From: Folioceros fuciformis | Lineage: Eukaryota | Assembly (NCBI GenBank): GCA_049999805.1 | Contig: JBNGIO010006279.1 | Span: forward strand, 280,485-344,484 | Length of the DNA: 64,000 nt | Direction of reading: 5' to 3' | Shown here: piece after piece, positions 38,051 to 51,257 of the stretch | How the letters are laid out: every line of letters begins with the position of its first letter | Numbering within the stretch: position 1 is the stretch's first letter | Translations under genes and position numbers: made by a program | Notes under the pieces: generated by a model | What the model was told of the DNA's origin: nothing | Database searches by the model: none | What the model saw: the letters and a program-made list of their open reading frames with translations, nothing else

Positions 38051-39963
38051 TCACACAATTTGCTGCAGAGATTGCCTTTCGGACTGGAGACTAAGGTTCT
38101 TCATCCTCAAGTAAGCTTTCATGAAGTCGTCCAGGTCTCCGTCCATGATGGCTTGCACGTCTGAAGTCTCTACCCCTGTTCGCAGATCCTTCACTAGCTT
38201 GTAGGGATGGAATACATAGTTTCTGATTTGCTGGCCCCATTCTGCTTTCACAACGTCCCCCCTTATTTCTTTGATCTCTGTGGCTCTCTGCTCTTCTGCT
38301 ATGACGAGGAGCTTTGCCTTCAAGTACGCCAAAGCTTTAGCTTTGTTTTGCAGCTGGCTTCGCTCCTCTGAAAGGACGGAGCAGGCGTTCGGTTAGGTGG
38401 GGGTGGCCAGGTGTGCAAGGGTGGGATATGGAGGGTGGCGGTGAGCCAGAAACACAAACCTGTACAGCGCACTGAGATGCCGGTAGGAATGTGTGTGATC
38501 CGGACCGCAGTTTCGACTTTGTTCACGTTCTGCCCTCCTTTTCCTCCAGCTCTGGATGTGCTAATCTCCAGGTCTGTCTCAGGAATGTCTACTTTGAGAG
38601 ACTCCTCCTCGATAAGAGGCATGACTTCCACTCCTGCAAAGCTTGTCTAGACAAGTGGCAATGAAGTCAGCATCGCAGGACTGCTTTCTCTGGTAGGTCT
38701 TCGATATGGAGAGAGTGCACCTGCCGCAGACCCTTAGCGTTGAAGGGAGACTGTCGAACAAGCCGATGAGTCCCTTTCTCGCTCGACAAGTAACCGTAAG
38801 CAAAGCGACCATCCAGCTCTAAGGTTGCAGACTTGATTCCAGCTTCTTCGCCCTCCGAGCTCTCGACTATCCTTGTTTTGAAGCCTTGCTTGTCCCCCCA
38901 CCGTGTGTACATACGGAGGAGCATCTGTGCCCAATCCTGCACTGCAGCAAACGGGAAGGATTCAAGTTAGACACGATCCCAGTGTTGTCAAGGTCCTGCG
39001 TGCATCCAAGGCATTTGACCACATTCACGCACATCAAGCAAGGAGAAGAAACATGAACAGAAACCTGGGCATCGGTCCCTCCTGCTCCAGCAGAGATGTA
39101 TAGACGGGCTCCCTTCTTGTCATACTGACCACATAGGAGCTTCGTTAGCTCATAACGATCAATGCCCGACCTCAGCCATTCTACTATTTCTGCTGCCTCT
39201 TCCAGGAGAGAAGCATCTGCGGCCTCCACTTCGTCCAGGAGCTGCATGATCATTAGTGCATCGTCCATCTGCAAGGCCAAGGATATGTCTTCTTTCAGCG
39301 AGCAACCAACAGAGCAGACATCCACCGTGGTGTGACTGCGTGCTCACAAACATCTCACCTTGTTCCTGAAGGCTTTCAGTGTCCCAATATCATCCTTCAA
39401 GTCCCCAAGTGTTGACAGGAGCTGCTGCGCTTTGGTAGGGTCATCCCACAGACTTTCCTCGGCTGCTCGTTGCTCGAGGTCAGCTAAACTGGCTTCCTGC
39501 TGAGCTAGTCCAGATGACGCCAGGATGGCCTCCACTCGAGAAGCAGCATCTTCCACGTCTTTTCTGATGCTGTAAAATTCTGACCCACACGGAGGACAAC
39601 ATTTCAGCCCTTCATCAATCTATGTAGCTCTCAGCCTTACAGCAACAAGAGCAAAGTAAGGAGCTGACCTAGCTCACGTCCAGATCCTGTGGCTGTTTCC
39701 CCGGTTGCGGTTGCCCTGAGCCGACCAATTCTATTTGGTCCATATCCATGGTTGCTGAATGTACAAGCTACAGCCACCACAGGCGTGGGGACTCTACCAT
39801 TCCCATAAGTTAGTCTGTCAAAAGCCTCCACACATTGTTCGAGAATGCGTGGAACGTTTCTGCTGGTAATCACAGCGCCAGGATGAAATTGCAGTTGGAA
39901 CACGACCGGGGAATATCTGCAGGGGGAAATATGAGCGCCCAGCACTGAAAAGGACCCCGACAT
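38051..39963 (-). CDS. PrfB1: Chloroplast peptide chain release factor 2, multi-exon
   Basis: [33 protein letters not shown] (SPF), [21 protein letters not shown] (GGQ), [22 protein letters not shown]; transit-peptide-like first exon. Confidence 0.92.
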
Positions 39964-40060
39964 GAGAACAATTTTGCAATTCTCACACTACGGTGACTGA
40001 TCCCAGAGGACTGCGAGATCCAACAGTGTCCTTGAGAAAGATTGTATGAAACATCAGCTG

Positions 40061-40069
40061 AAACCCTAA
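40061..40069 (+). promoter_or_regulatory. Telo-box (AAACCCTAA) in the short divergent intergenic region between PrfB and the ABCD4-like gene
   Basis: Exact motif ~100 bp upstream of the PrfB ATG; could occur by chance. Confidence 0.3.
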
Positions 40070-40547
40070 GGGGAAAAAGTGGAAAGAGAGAACGGAGCTG
40101 TTGTGAGCGGCAATGTTCGATTGGTAGAGTGGACCACCAGTGGAGGGGACCACAGTCACCCGTCTGGACCTAGAGTCACAGTATATGTCTGTGAAGGGAT
40201 GGCGTCTTCATTCACAGATTGCTTGTCCACAGCTGGCCACGAAGGGGGAGGAGGATTTCAAGGAGAACACCGTTTGCTCCCTTGGGTTATGACTGGCAAT
40301 TCAGCAGCTGATGGCTCATGAGATGATTATTTTGGTGCAGAATTCGTTCCACCGGAGAATTCATTGATTGGATGAGGATCTGTGAGAGCCCATCATAAGA
40401 AAATCTCATGAGCATTTGTTCAGTTGGCAATGTTAGCACCGTTTTCACTTCCTTCTCGCACAATTGCAGAATATGAGGCCAGCCAAATGAACAGGCACAA
40501 GTGATTTGCACAGGGGAAGCTACTGGGCAACCACCAGGGCAGGTGAA

Positions 40548-43500
40548 ATGGCTGGCCTGAAGGACCCCTTACTGCCACCAGGGGATGGAGATTCTGAAGC
40601 GAGGAATCCCGATGCTGGCATCAATCCTGCAATTCAACGACCTGTCGCTGTGGATTTTCTGTTCTTGAAGCGGGTTTGGAGGTTGATGGTCATTGCCAGG
40701 GCAGGATGGGCATTTGTGCTTGTGATTCTATCAATTCTCAGCGTGGTAGTTGTGTCCAGAGCCGGTCTGGTCATTGGCCACTTTTATCTAGCTCTCATCA
40801 ATAAGGACATGCAGGTAGCGGATCGGGAACGTATCAACGTTTCGTTTGTCCGAGCTATCCATAGTCATTGATGCTAAGTGTTGTGATTTCAGTTGTCTGT
40901 GTTTATCTTACACCTTTTGTGTCCTTGCTGACAGCTTCTATGGGACGCTATTCGACTCTCCTTGTTGTGGTATGGGGCAGAGTCAATATGTAGTGCAGCA
41001 CAGGTCTGGACAGCTGAGCTCTTAGCTTTACACTGGCGGAAAAACCTTACAGACGCTTGTCACCCTATGTATCTTACAGGTTCCAATCTCTGTGCACTCA
41101 ACAGTCCTGTACAGATTATAGACAATCCGGATGAACGTGTGACACAAGAGTTGTATAATTTCTCTCAAGCCCTTGCACAGTTGATGTTGGAAACAATTGC
41201 TGCACCACTTATGATAGTATACTACACATGGTGGGTATGGAAATATGTGGGCTGGTATGGTCCCGTTACTGTATACTTTTTCTTTGTAGTGGGTGCGACA
41301 GTTACCAGGTGGATCATCTCTCCAATTGCAGGCCTCGTTGCAAGACAAGAAAAATTGGAAGCGTTTTTCAGAATCTCCCACGTCCGGTAAGACAAAAAGT
41401 CTCTTCTTAGAGCTTGTCTTGGTGGACCATGGCCTTGACCTTGATTTTTATCTTCAGCATTCTTGTCCACCGGCAGTTCTAATGGTGTCTGTACTTTCCA
41501 TGGTGACATGGATCATGCAGAATACGAGGAAATGCAGAAAGTATTGCTCTTAATGAGAGTGGAGCACTAGAGCAGACTGAGCTGGATAGAAAGTTTGGAG
41601 CTGTCCTGCAGAACCAGAGAAAGCTGGTTACAAGACACTGTTGTTTAGATTTTGTAACGAAGGCTTACAGTTATCTAGGTGAGCACTTTGTTCGCTGAAT
41701 TGAGCTTCTTTAAAACACTGGGCCTCTGTTTGGGGAGTTGCGGGTGGTTTACAGTCTCGTGCGCACCTGGGTTTTTGCAGGTAGCATTTTAAATTATTGT
41801 GTGGTGGGACTTGCGGTCTTCGGGGGCCGTTATGATCAGGGATCAAGTGGGGATGTAGCAAACATGATCAGCAACGCATCCTTCTCTGTCCTGCAACTAA
41901 TTTTCAGGTATCCTTAGTTAAGTCATTTGCGCACCAAATGTTTGCCAACTGTAACAGAATCTGATAAACGAACTCTGCTCTGCAGCTTTACTCAGATTAT
42001 TGAGACTGCCAAAAAGGTTTCTGATCTAGCTGGTTACACAGTCCGAGTTGCAGAGTTGTTTGAAGCACTGGACCTCCTTCCTGCTGTCTCTGATGCTTTT
42101 CCAAATACTACTTCACTCAGCCCCAAGAAGCATCGGGCTGCAGAAATCAAGGACGACTCTGCAAGCGGAGGACCAGCCTCTGTACTTGGTCTGTCGGAGG
42201 ATTCTGTAGAACCGGATCTTACTGAGTTTCTGGCAATTCCACCGACACATTTTCATCTCCGGGTCAGCAGGGTGCTTGAGTATTCTGTCCACTTCACTCC
42301 TGTGGAGATTCGGCCCATGCTAGCTCATGTATTCCCTGAGGTAGACCCGAGGGCGATTTTGGTTATCACCACCTTCCAACCGGCAGCAATCAACCTTTGG
42401 CCTGCTGCCTGCTGTCTGTATGAGGACGGTTCAACGTCACGCAATTTGGAGGAGACTGTTCTGGAGATGGAGGTACGGGAGGAGATCAGCACCTTGGCCA
42501 ACCTGTTTCTAGCCTGGCAGCAAGAAGTGACTGACAGACTGAAAAGTGTAGGACACTGGGCAGCTGCCGCACATCCATTGACTGGGCTTCCCGTTGGCAC
42601 CTCTAGTCAACGTGGGCCTTTAGAAGCTCCTTCATCCACCTCTCCGTCATCTGCAGAATCAACTGTATTGGAAGTGTCAGATGGTCCAAAGTTCAGACAG
42701 GTGGATGCTGCTCGTGTCCTTTTTGGCTACGCATCCATAGAAGTTGGTTGCGGTAACGTCCTAGTCCATCCGAAGTACTTCACTCACTGTTTTCCAGCCT
42801 CTTTGTTCACAACTGCCCCCTTGGGGGCACTGCTCTCAGCAATGCAGTCCGTCCAGGAAGTGTACATATCGAAGGCAGGTCCACGGATGGGTGATAACGG
42901 TGCTGGCAGTGTGGAGGCAACTTGGGTGAGTGAGAATGCAGCTGTGCCGGGGGAGGTTGCTGCCCTTATATGTGACAACCTCACTCTCAAGATTCCGCGC
43001 ACCCAACAGCTGGTAGTGCAGTCCCTAAGTCTGAGAGTGAAATGGGGAGAATCCCTTCTAATCACTGGTCGAACTGGCAGTGGCAAGACCAGCTTACTTC
43101 GAGCCATTGGCGGTGTGTGGCCACTGCAATCAGGTGCTGATTGTTGCCTGTTTTGTCTGCACTGTTGGTGCGATGTCCAGTTCTTTAGCATAACCCGGCC
43201 CCTCTTTCTGCTCCGCTGTGGTGCAGGAAGGTTCTGGGTTCCTCCACGGCTCGAGGGGAAGGGTGTGTTGTTCATTCCCCAGACACCATTTCTAGTGAAA
43301 GGAGGCCTTGCAGCTCAGATACGTTACCCTGACCAGGATAATGCTTCAACCGAGGCCTGCGCACATCGACTGCGAGAAGCCTTACAAGCAGTGGGCATGG
43401 TCTACCTGCTCGACAAGGTGACAGAAGACTGGCAGGTTTGTCGGACCCCACCCCTCTCGATGTCATCAGGAATGGATACGAGGGACATTTTTATGGAGGA

Positions 43501-43898
43501 ACAGGAAGGGATTCTAATATCGGCTTGTGTAATGCAGCAAGATATCGATATCGACACCCTCTCACCAGGGGAGATGCAAAGCCTATCGTTGGCACGCGTG
43601 CTTTACCACCGACCACAACTTGCGATCATGGACGAAGCAACAAGCGCTTTGAATGAAGAGGCTGAGGTTAGTGGGGAAGGAAGGCATGAGGTCAGTCGCA
43701 CAGTCTGATCGTTTGCTAGGCAGCGTGAAACTCATCCCCCATCTTGGACTGTTATATCTACAGGATCGAATTTACAAGAAAATCATGGAGATGGGCATCA
43801 CGGTGGTCAGTGTGGCCCACAGACGAAGCCTCTTTCACTACCACACCAACATTCTGCATATTCAAGGCGATGGAGAAGGTAGCTGGGCTTTCAATTGA
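40548..43898 (+). CDS. ABCD4: ABCD4 (CblJ)-like ABC-D half transporter with an inserted MMADHC (CblD)-like domain
   Basis: TMD: DNPDERVTQE, GWYGPVTVYFFFVVG...QEKLE, RIRGNAESIA, FTQII...SDLAGYTVRV. NBD: LLITGRTGSGKTSLLR, LSPGEMQSLSLAR (LSPGE signature typical of ABCD4), IMDEATSAL, SVAHRRSL. The insert at about 42270-42820 matches the MMADHC pattern. Confidence 0.88.
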
Positions 43899-44476
43899 TA
43901 GGAAGCCGGCCGACTGAAAAACAGCTTTGAAGCGCGCCGCCCTTTACGTCGTTGAAGATATTACGATCGCCAAGTCTGTGATGAGCTGCATACCTATCCC
44001 ACATAGTTACGAGGTGCTCCTACGGTCTTCCTTCGTCTTCCGTCGCAAAAAAATCCTATCAAGTAATAAAAAAAGCAGAGCAACTACAACATTGAAATCA
44101 TCGGCGGAATGGGCTGTGGAAGTAAACTCTGCTAGTGGGCAAAACTTAAGTTTATCTTCAGTGGCAAGCGGTCCTGCGGAGGACTTCTCTTCCTTCCAAA
44201 TTCCCCCAACCTCATCGAGCAAGATCGTCCATCACAGTCCTCAGCCAATCAGACAGCGAGTATAACTGCCAGCAACACTGCACGTGAACTACTGCCTGTG
44301 CCACCACAAACCATCTGGCACTGACATGAAGAGCAAAGTTTACGGAGGGCAGGCAAACCGGTAAAACTGAGGAGAAACAGTGATAAACGTCACTGGCATG
44401 GGCTGGAAAAGAGAGGTTCTGCGCGAGCAGTCTTGATTACAAATTGGGGGACAACCCAAACACAGGAACAAGAACC

Positions 44477-46157
44477 TTACAGTTTCACAGCAAACTTTGA
44501 CACGCTGCAGGCCTGCCGTATGAGACTACTGTGCGTGAGTCCCAATCTGGACTTGGCCCCATTTCTATCCTGCGACCGACTAGCCTCATTCCCAGGTTGG
44601 GCGGGAGCTTGAGCAACCAATAACTTAGGGCGAAACACATTGTCAAGCTGACGTTCTTCTCCAACATTTGAGTAATGGTTAACAAGAGATCTGCCTTCCT
44701 AAGATTTCCTACGTGCTGATCCATGGCAGAATTAAGGGGGTCACAAAGCCAAACCAGACATCCCATTTTCCACCCTTGAGCTGAAGCAGAGGCCACCAGA
44801 TAGATAACTAGCAATGATGACACTGGTATGTACAATCATCTATCGGACATGGGTTTGAAACCTCTGGATATATATATGTATGCATTGCGCATGTCAGGCG
44901 CGTCTTGAATTATTTCGTTTCAAAGCTGACCTTTCTAATGACGAGATGAATTTTCGGAGGTGGCGAATATATTCTGGATACAGCTCAAGGTTGCAGTGAC
45001 CGCCACCTTTCAGCCATAGAGGTTCATACTTTTCCTTACAGAGATCCCACAGCTGCTTTCCATGTGACCAGTCAACAACCTCGTCAGCCGTTCCCTGTAA
45101 AAAAACAAGGGTACCGATTCAACCAGCAAACATTAGGCCCACAAGCTGCATAGCCTGAAATTTGCTAAAGCCATTATTGAATTTTGACTGAATTAAGCCT
45201 GGGAAAGGACTCACGTGCATGATGAGAACAGGGCATGTGACCTGCCCAATTTTGTCAATGTTCTGCAAAGTACCAAGGATGGCATCACATCAGGCATGCA
45301 AACGCTTCAATTGCAGCGTCGGACAAGGACTTCAGGAGTTGGGGGCTTACTTTGTAGATGTCAAACCAGTAAGTTCTCTTCACAGGGTACATAACCCGCA
45401 AGCCTGAAAGGATTGGACTATGCAGAACCACTGCTCGCAAGCGGGGTAACCGAGCTGCCAAATCCAACGTCGGTCCACTTCCCACAGACTGTCCATACAG
45501 AACAACATCCTCTTCCTTGGCTCCATACTGCTTATGGAGACAGTCGTAAGCTGCTTCGATGTCGGCATACGTGTTTGGTTCAGTCGGCTGTACGCATGGA
45601 CGAATGAAGTTTCTTAGTACCTTCTCACAACTCAACGATCCCGGGAGACGTAGCCCCTGAAACCAATTGCATGCATAGCGGACAAACAATCAAGAAGACC
45701 TAACCTTCCCAGAAGACGCTCCGTACCCGGTATAATCGTACCTGCACGATTCAACGAACAAAACAGACGATTACGCCGGGCCGCAACAAGGAAGCCGCGT
45801 CAACCGCGTTGCAATGCAGTCCCGGAAGCTGGTCAAAAGGTGTCCAGAAAAATACCCTAGCACATTGACATGAAGATGCACACTGAGCTCCACAAACAGC
45901 TCGTACATTTGCCCCAAATCAGCTGCATTCCCATGCGAGTAGAGCAGCGTGAGCGTCGCGGACGGGTTGCGCACATACAAGGCTATGATATCCTGAGCCC
46001 GCTTAGTCCGCAGGCGCAGCACATCCACGTTGTCTCGCAGCGGGACGTCGGCAAACTTCAGCTTTCCCGTCAGCTCATCAGTGACCACCCTATACGACGG
46101 CGGATTGGGAGGAAAAAATGCAAATCTAGCCGCTACAGAGGATGTCACTGCTCCCAT
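44477..46157 (-). CDS. ABHD17: ABHD17-like alpha/beta hydrolase (putative depalmitoylase), multi-exon
   Basis: [56 protein letters not shown] and [11 protein letters not shown]. The last exon (about 44691-44477) is tentative. Confidence 0.9.
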
Positions 46158-49100
46158 CCCTACCTACTGCACGAACCCCTGCCCTCCTCGATCTGGCTCT
46201 GCTATCCACCTCAAACCCTGCCAACTCTTACAGAAACTAAACGCCGCTCCAGACGTCCCAAATTCCTTACAGCGCTCCTCCTGCACTGCAAACCTAGAGA
46301 AGAGGAAGATGCAACGGCCCGGCCCCGGCCAGATTGCTCACCTACACACAGCCCCACACCGGGCTAACCGAGAGCCCCGCTCTGTCCGCGCTCCGCGGCC
46401 TCCATGGACGCGATCGCAGAGCAACTACGGGAGTCGCTCGTGCGCGCGCATGGCCGCGGGCGGATCCACAGCAAGCCTCAGAGCACCAAGATCCGCACGC
46501 GAGGGAAGAGTGCCAGACTGGGAGACGCAACAGCCGAGGGGGGCGAATTTTTGCACCCGTGCCTGAAACAAAAAAAAAAGAGAATGCGTCTCTTGTCCTG
46601 GCTGAGGTGCATGCCCTACTCATCTGTTTACCATGCTTGTCCTATTCATTTGCTAACGCCATCATGCTCCTCACTTCTAGCCTCTCTCGCCATTTTCTAT
46701 CCAACGTGTCCGTCGGCTACCGTTCCCCTCGCTTCCAACACCCAATTTAGACGCCGTGAAAAACAGCCACCAACTACATTCTCCATTTCCAAAGCAATGG
46801 TAACTATGGATAAGTATCAACCTATTGTCATGGGTTAAAAATTGCCAAATGTTGGGTTGTATAGATCTTGTCCATCTCTTCACCTTCCTGCAAGAGATTT
46901 CCTCATCTTCACCTTCCTGCAAGCTGGCAGGTAGCTTTAGAGTAGATACGTGTACTCAGGGCCTTTGTCGGCTGTTCTCTATCACCTGGATGCGAGTGAA
47001 CTTCCAACAGATGCTGATTTCATACGGTTTCCTTCAAGGGAGTTTGTTTCTAGGAGGCGTTTGTACGATTGATAAGGATATGGTTCAATTTGATCGTGGA
47101 GGCATCTGGCANNNNNNNNNNNNNNNNNNNNNNNNNNNNNNNNNNNNNNNNNNNNNNNNNNNNNNNNNNNNNNNNNNNNNNNNNNNNNNNNNNNNNNNNN
47201 NNNNNNNNNNNCCCCCCCCCCCCCCCCCCCCACTATCGCCGCCTTTCCTTCGGGTTCCTAATTGTCGTTGCCCCTTGGGGCGTGTTGCCTTTTTAGCACT
47301 AGCCTGACGTAGGTACCTGACGATTCACTGGTTTTGCGGGATTTATGACGCGACCATTTATTGTGTTGCGAGGTCTTACGCCTGTAGGTGGTAGGGCCTG
47401 GCCTGACGGAAGGGTGACCTCGAGCTGCTGTTCTTACTCTGGATAGTCTGGACTAGAATGTATGTAAAGCGTGGGATTGATTGATAGAAAACACGATGTG
47501 CTTCAATATTGCTGATATGTCCGCCATTAAAACATCCAGGTGCAACCATGTGCAAGTGCAGCCAAGGAAGGAGGGCAATCCTTGTCTACTCTGGCCCTCA
47601 AGGATCTGTCCGCATTTGCAAATGAAGCAGCCGATCTTTCTCTGTCCGGGTAAAGATGGTTCCCCGATGAGGAACAGGATTAGAATAGTCGGGGCCGGCG
47701 GCGGTGGTTGAAGCCTGGGGAATCGTTGAGTGACACAGGCGAGCGTGCTGTCAAAATCAGCTGATACGCATACCAATTACATATGTGCCACGCAAACTAT
47801 GTGTGCGTGGAAGTTCGAGCCCGTGGGCATCTCGTAACACAGAAGAACCTCTTGGAGCTTCCAAAGGGAAGTTACCTGCCTAGGTCTCGGACTCCCATGC
47901 GGTGATGCATGACCTAAATGCCTTCTCCATGCCGAGTATGACGTGGTTGGGAAGGTGAGGTGACTGAGAGAGATCGGCGTCCACCAAGCTCGAGGCAAAC
48001 GACAGCTGTTGGCCTTAATGGAGATGCCTTTCTGCATGCAGGGCATGCTTGTGCCAAGCTTTGCATGATGCGCAGACGGCTTCACATTGGACGAGATTGC
48101 GTTTGTTGCTAACAAGCACTAGACCGGATGTGGAGACCAGCAGGCAGCAGCTCTTTCCTGGAGCTGGAGGATCCGTATGAGAGAGAGTGTGAGGATGAGG
48201 CTCGTCAGCCTGCAGGTCCTGGTTCAGAAGAGGATCGTTTGCATGCTGCTAATCACCGCTTGTTGTCGAAACATAGTTTCTGCTCGCATTCATCTGCAGC
48301 TGCCGGCACGTCTTTCCTGCATAGCGGCGTGAAAGAGAAGGCTTTTTGATCTTTGCGGCCTTAAGGGAAGGCTTCTTGGCCTGTGTCTGCGTCGCCCTGA
48401 TGGGAAAACCTTGCAAGGCGTTTACATGTTACATAATTCTAGACAAGGCCGGCAGCACTCTCCGATCATCGCAGAATTACACTTAAAGGAAGTTGGGAAT
48501 TACGTTCTGCAAACGCATTTGTTACCCACTGGCCAGTAAATGAGCTTGCGGCACTGGCCCATGTTCACAACTACTCATCCCTTCTCTCTTGACCCGCGCA
48601 TCTGACGAAGCTGTTTACATATCCTGCTTGCCTCATGGTGTGTTGTACATGGTTGTGAAAATATTGCCAGCACCACACGAACGCATATGGTTAATCTAAC
48701 GAGCATGCGAGCATACATGCACAGGCTGTGGTGCCTTGTTCACGTAATCCAGGCATTCTTGGCAGGGGCAGAACGTACTAGAGGAGGGATGGAGACACGG
48801 GGAGACACGGTCGAGTTTTTCCGGGTAGCTAGCCCAGTTTCTACACGAAATTTGCAGCTGCTGGCAACAGATTTCTAACACCAATTACACTGTTCCTGTT
48901 GTACATTTTCCACTGTACATCGAAAATCCACAAGTCCTTCTGATGGAGACGAAGTTCTTGCAGCACATGGTCCACAGCACTGCACGTACCTCTCATGGCA
49001 CAGTGGCCGGAGCTTCTGTACAGGATGAACGGGTTAGCATGGATTCAATCGTACATTGGATGTAAATGATATGAACCATGGCTGCAGGCGCATTCCAACT

Positions 49101-51257
49101 GCTGACGTTCACTGAAAGTGTGGCACTGCACATGGATTAGGACAACCTAGCAGCGCTGTGCAACGTCGTCAACAACCGAGCTCGTCCTCAGTCAGGTCAG
49201 ACATTTCCTGCCTATGGAAGTAGTAAGAGAGCTTGAGCTTCAGGTCGTACTAATTGGGAACCGGCAATGTTGATGGTGTTTCAGATTAAAAGCACGTGGA
49301 AGACAGATGGCCATGTTATACCGAATGACAAGGACCGTGCGGCGAAGATAGGACGCGGTGACATCGATGACGTCTGAGGAGCCTCTATTCCATAACTTGG
49401 GCCCAAAGAGAAGGGTGAGAGGACGACCGGGGGATACTTGTTATCCCTAGCTACTTCACGTAATCCATCAACCCTAAACGGTGAAACCTTCAGCGCTTTG
49501 CAAGACGGACGAAAATGGAGGGAGAACCAATTGAAGTGCCATGACCGCTGGTCAGCTTCTGTTCCTGAAGGGAGAAGGCTGTCGGCAACACTGTCCCACT
49601 AGTCACTATCACCATGGTTTTCCTAGCGACTCAGCGTCCGAAGCGGTTTAAAGGCTGGAGCGGGTGGAACGCAACTTCTGCTGCGAGTGGTGGCCGAATG
49701 AAATGAACGTACATACAGTACGAGGGGCTTTTTCGGGGCAAGGTTCTGTTGCCGGACGGCCGGGGGCCCGGGCCGGGGACTCAATAGCTACCATTCGCAG
49801 ACTTCCGAGTCGGGACTGCTGTCCTTCCAGAAGAGCTCGCACAAGACAGCTTGCGGCCCTGCTTGTTAGACGGACGAGCACTTTGTCTGTCGGGCATCAA
49901 CATCACAACCATGCTTACTCCCAGAGTGCATACTGTGCGCATGTTCCTCTACTCCGGGCAAGGACTGGTTCCGAATGTGCCAGCCACAGTTCATCAGATC
50001 CGTGTGCATCTGGCACGGCACAGAATGAATGCAAGCAGATTAGGGTTTAGTCACACACATAGAGTGGTGTTCCGTGCGTCCTGTACATACACATGTATGT
50101 TTGAGCAGCAGTGATGCGGACGCCCGCGCCGCATGTGTGTTGCAGTGCAGCAGCACGCTTCTGGCAAAGGTGGCAAGGACGACGTGGTCGTGGCCAGGCC
50201 GGGCCGGGCCGGGCATGGCCGAGGTGTGTCGTGGCCCCGTTCCCACGAACAGCCTCACAAATCGAGGCGTCGACTTGGTGTTTGCGGCTCAAGAAAGTGG
50301 CACACGAGCGGGCCTACGACTTGCCATTAATTTGTTTTTTTTTTTTTTCCCCTTTGAACGCAACTGCCGGGAGTTCCCGCCTTCCCCGGACGTCTTGGCA
50401 GCTTTCCGACCGGCGGGAACCGGCCCAGCCGGTGAGTGACAGTTACGCGTCCACGGTCGTTAGAGCCGGGGTCGACGACATGGCCGCACCAGCGGACGCA
50501 GCGCGACGGGCTGCGTACAAGACCCACCTACCTTGCAGACGTGGGCCGTCTCATAGGCGCGCGCCCTTCAAATAATTCACGATTGACGCGCGCTGCCCAG
50601 CCCTGACCTGAGCCGGGCTGCCCTGCTCGGTCGGCGACTTNNNNNNNNNNNNNNNNNNNNNNNNNNNNNNNNNNNNNNNNNNNNNNNNNNNNNNNNNNNN
50701 NNNNNNNNNNNNNNNNNNNNNNNNNNNNNNNNNNNNNNNNNNNNNNNNNNNNNNNNNNNNNNNNNNNNNNNNNNNNNNNNNNNNNNNNNNNNNNNNNNNN
50801 NNNNNNNNNNNNNNNNNNNNNNNNNNNNNNNNNNNNNNNNNNNNNNNNNNNNNNNNNNNNNNNNNNNNNNNNNNNNNNNNNNNNNNNNNNNNNNNNNNNN
50901 NNNNNNNNNNNNNNNNNNNNNNNNNNNNNNNNNNNNNNNNNNNNNNNNNNNNNNNNNNNNNNNNNNNNNNNNNNNNNNNNNNNNNNNNNNNNNNNNNNNN
51001 NNNNNNNNNNNNNNNNNNNNNNNNNNNNNNNNNNNNNNNNATTCGTGTCCTGCGGGGTGGTGAGCTGGGTGGAATTGTGGGGTGCAGCGGGAGCTGCAGA
51101 GGCGGCGAAGTGGGAAGCGAATTGGAGCAGAGGTGGTACAGGTTAGTAGTTTCCGGGAGGTCTGGCTTGATGGATCCAGGTGGACGCGGGTGCTGCTCTT
51201 GTGGGGTGATGAGTGATGGGGTTGTGGTAGGACTTGGCGAGTTGTGTTGTAGGAAGC

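Noticed and set aside
48030-48075. GTGCCAAGCT resembling miR536 within a weak hairpin
   Set aside because: Only a ~10 nt match and no proper precursor stem.
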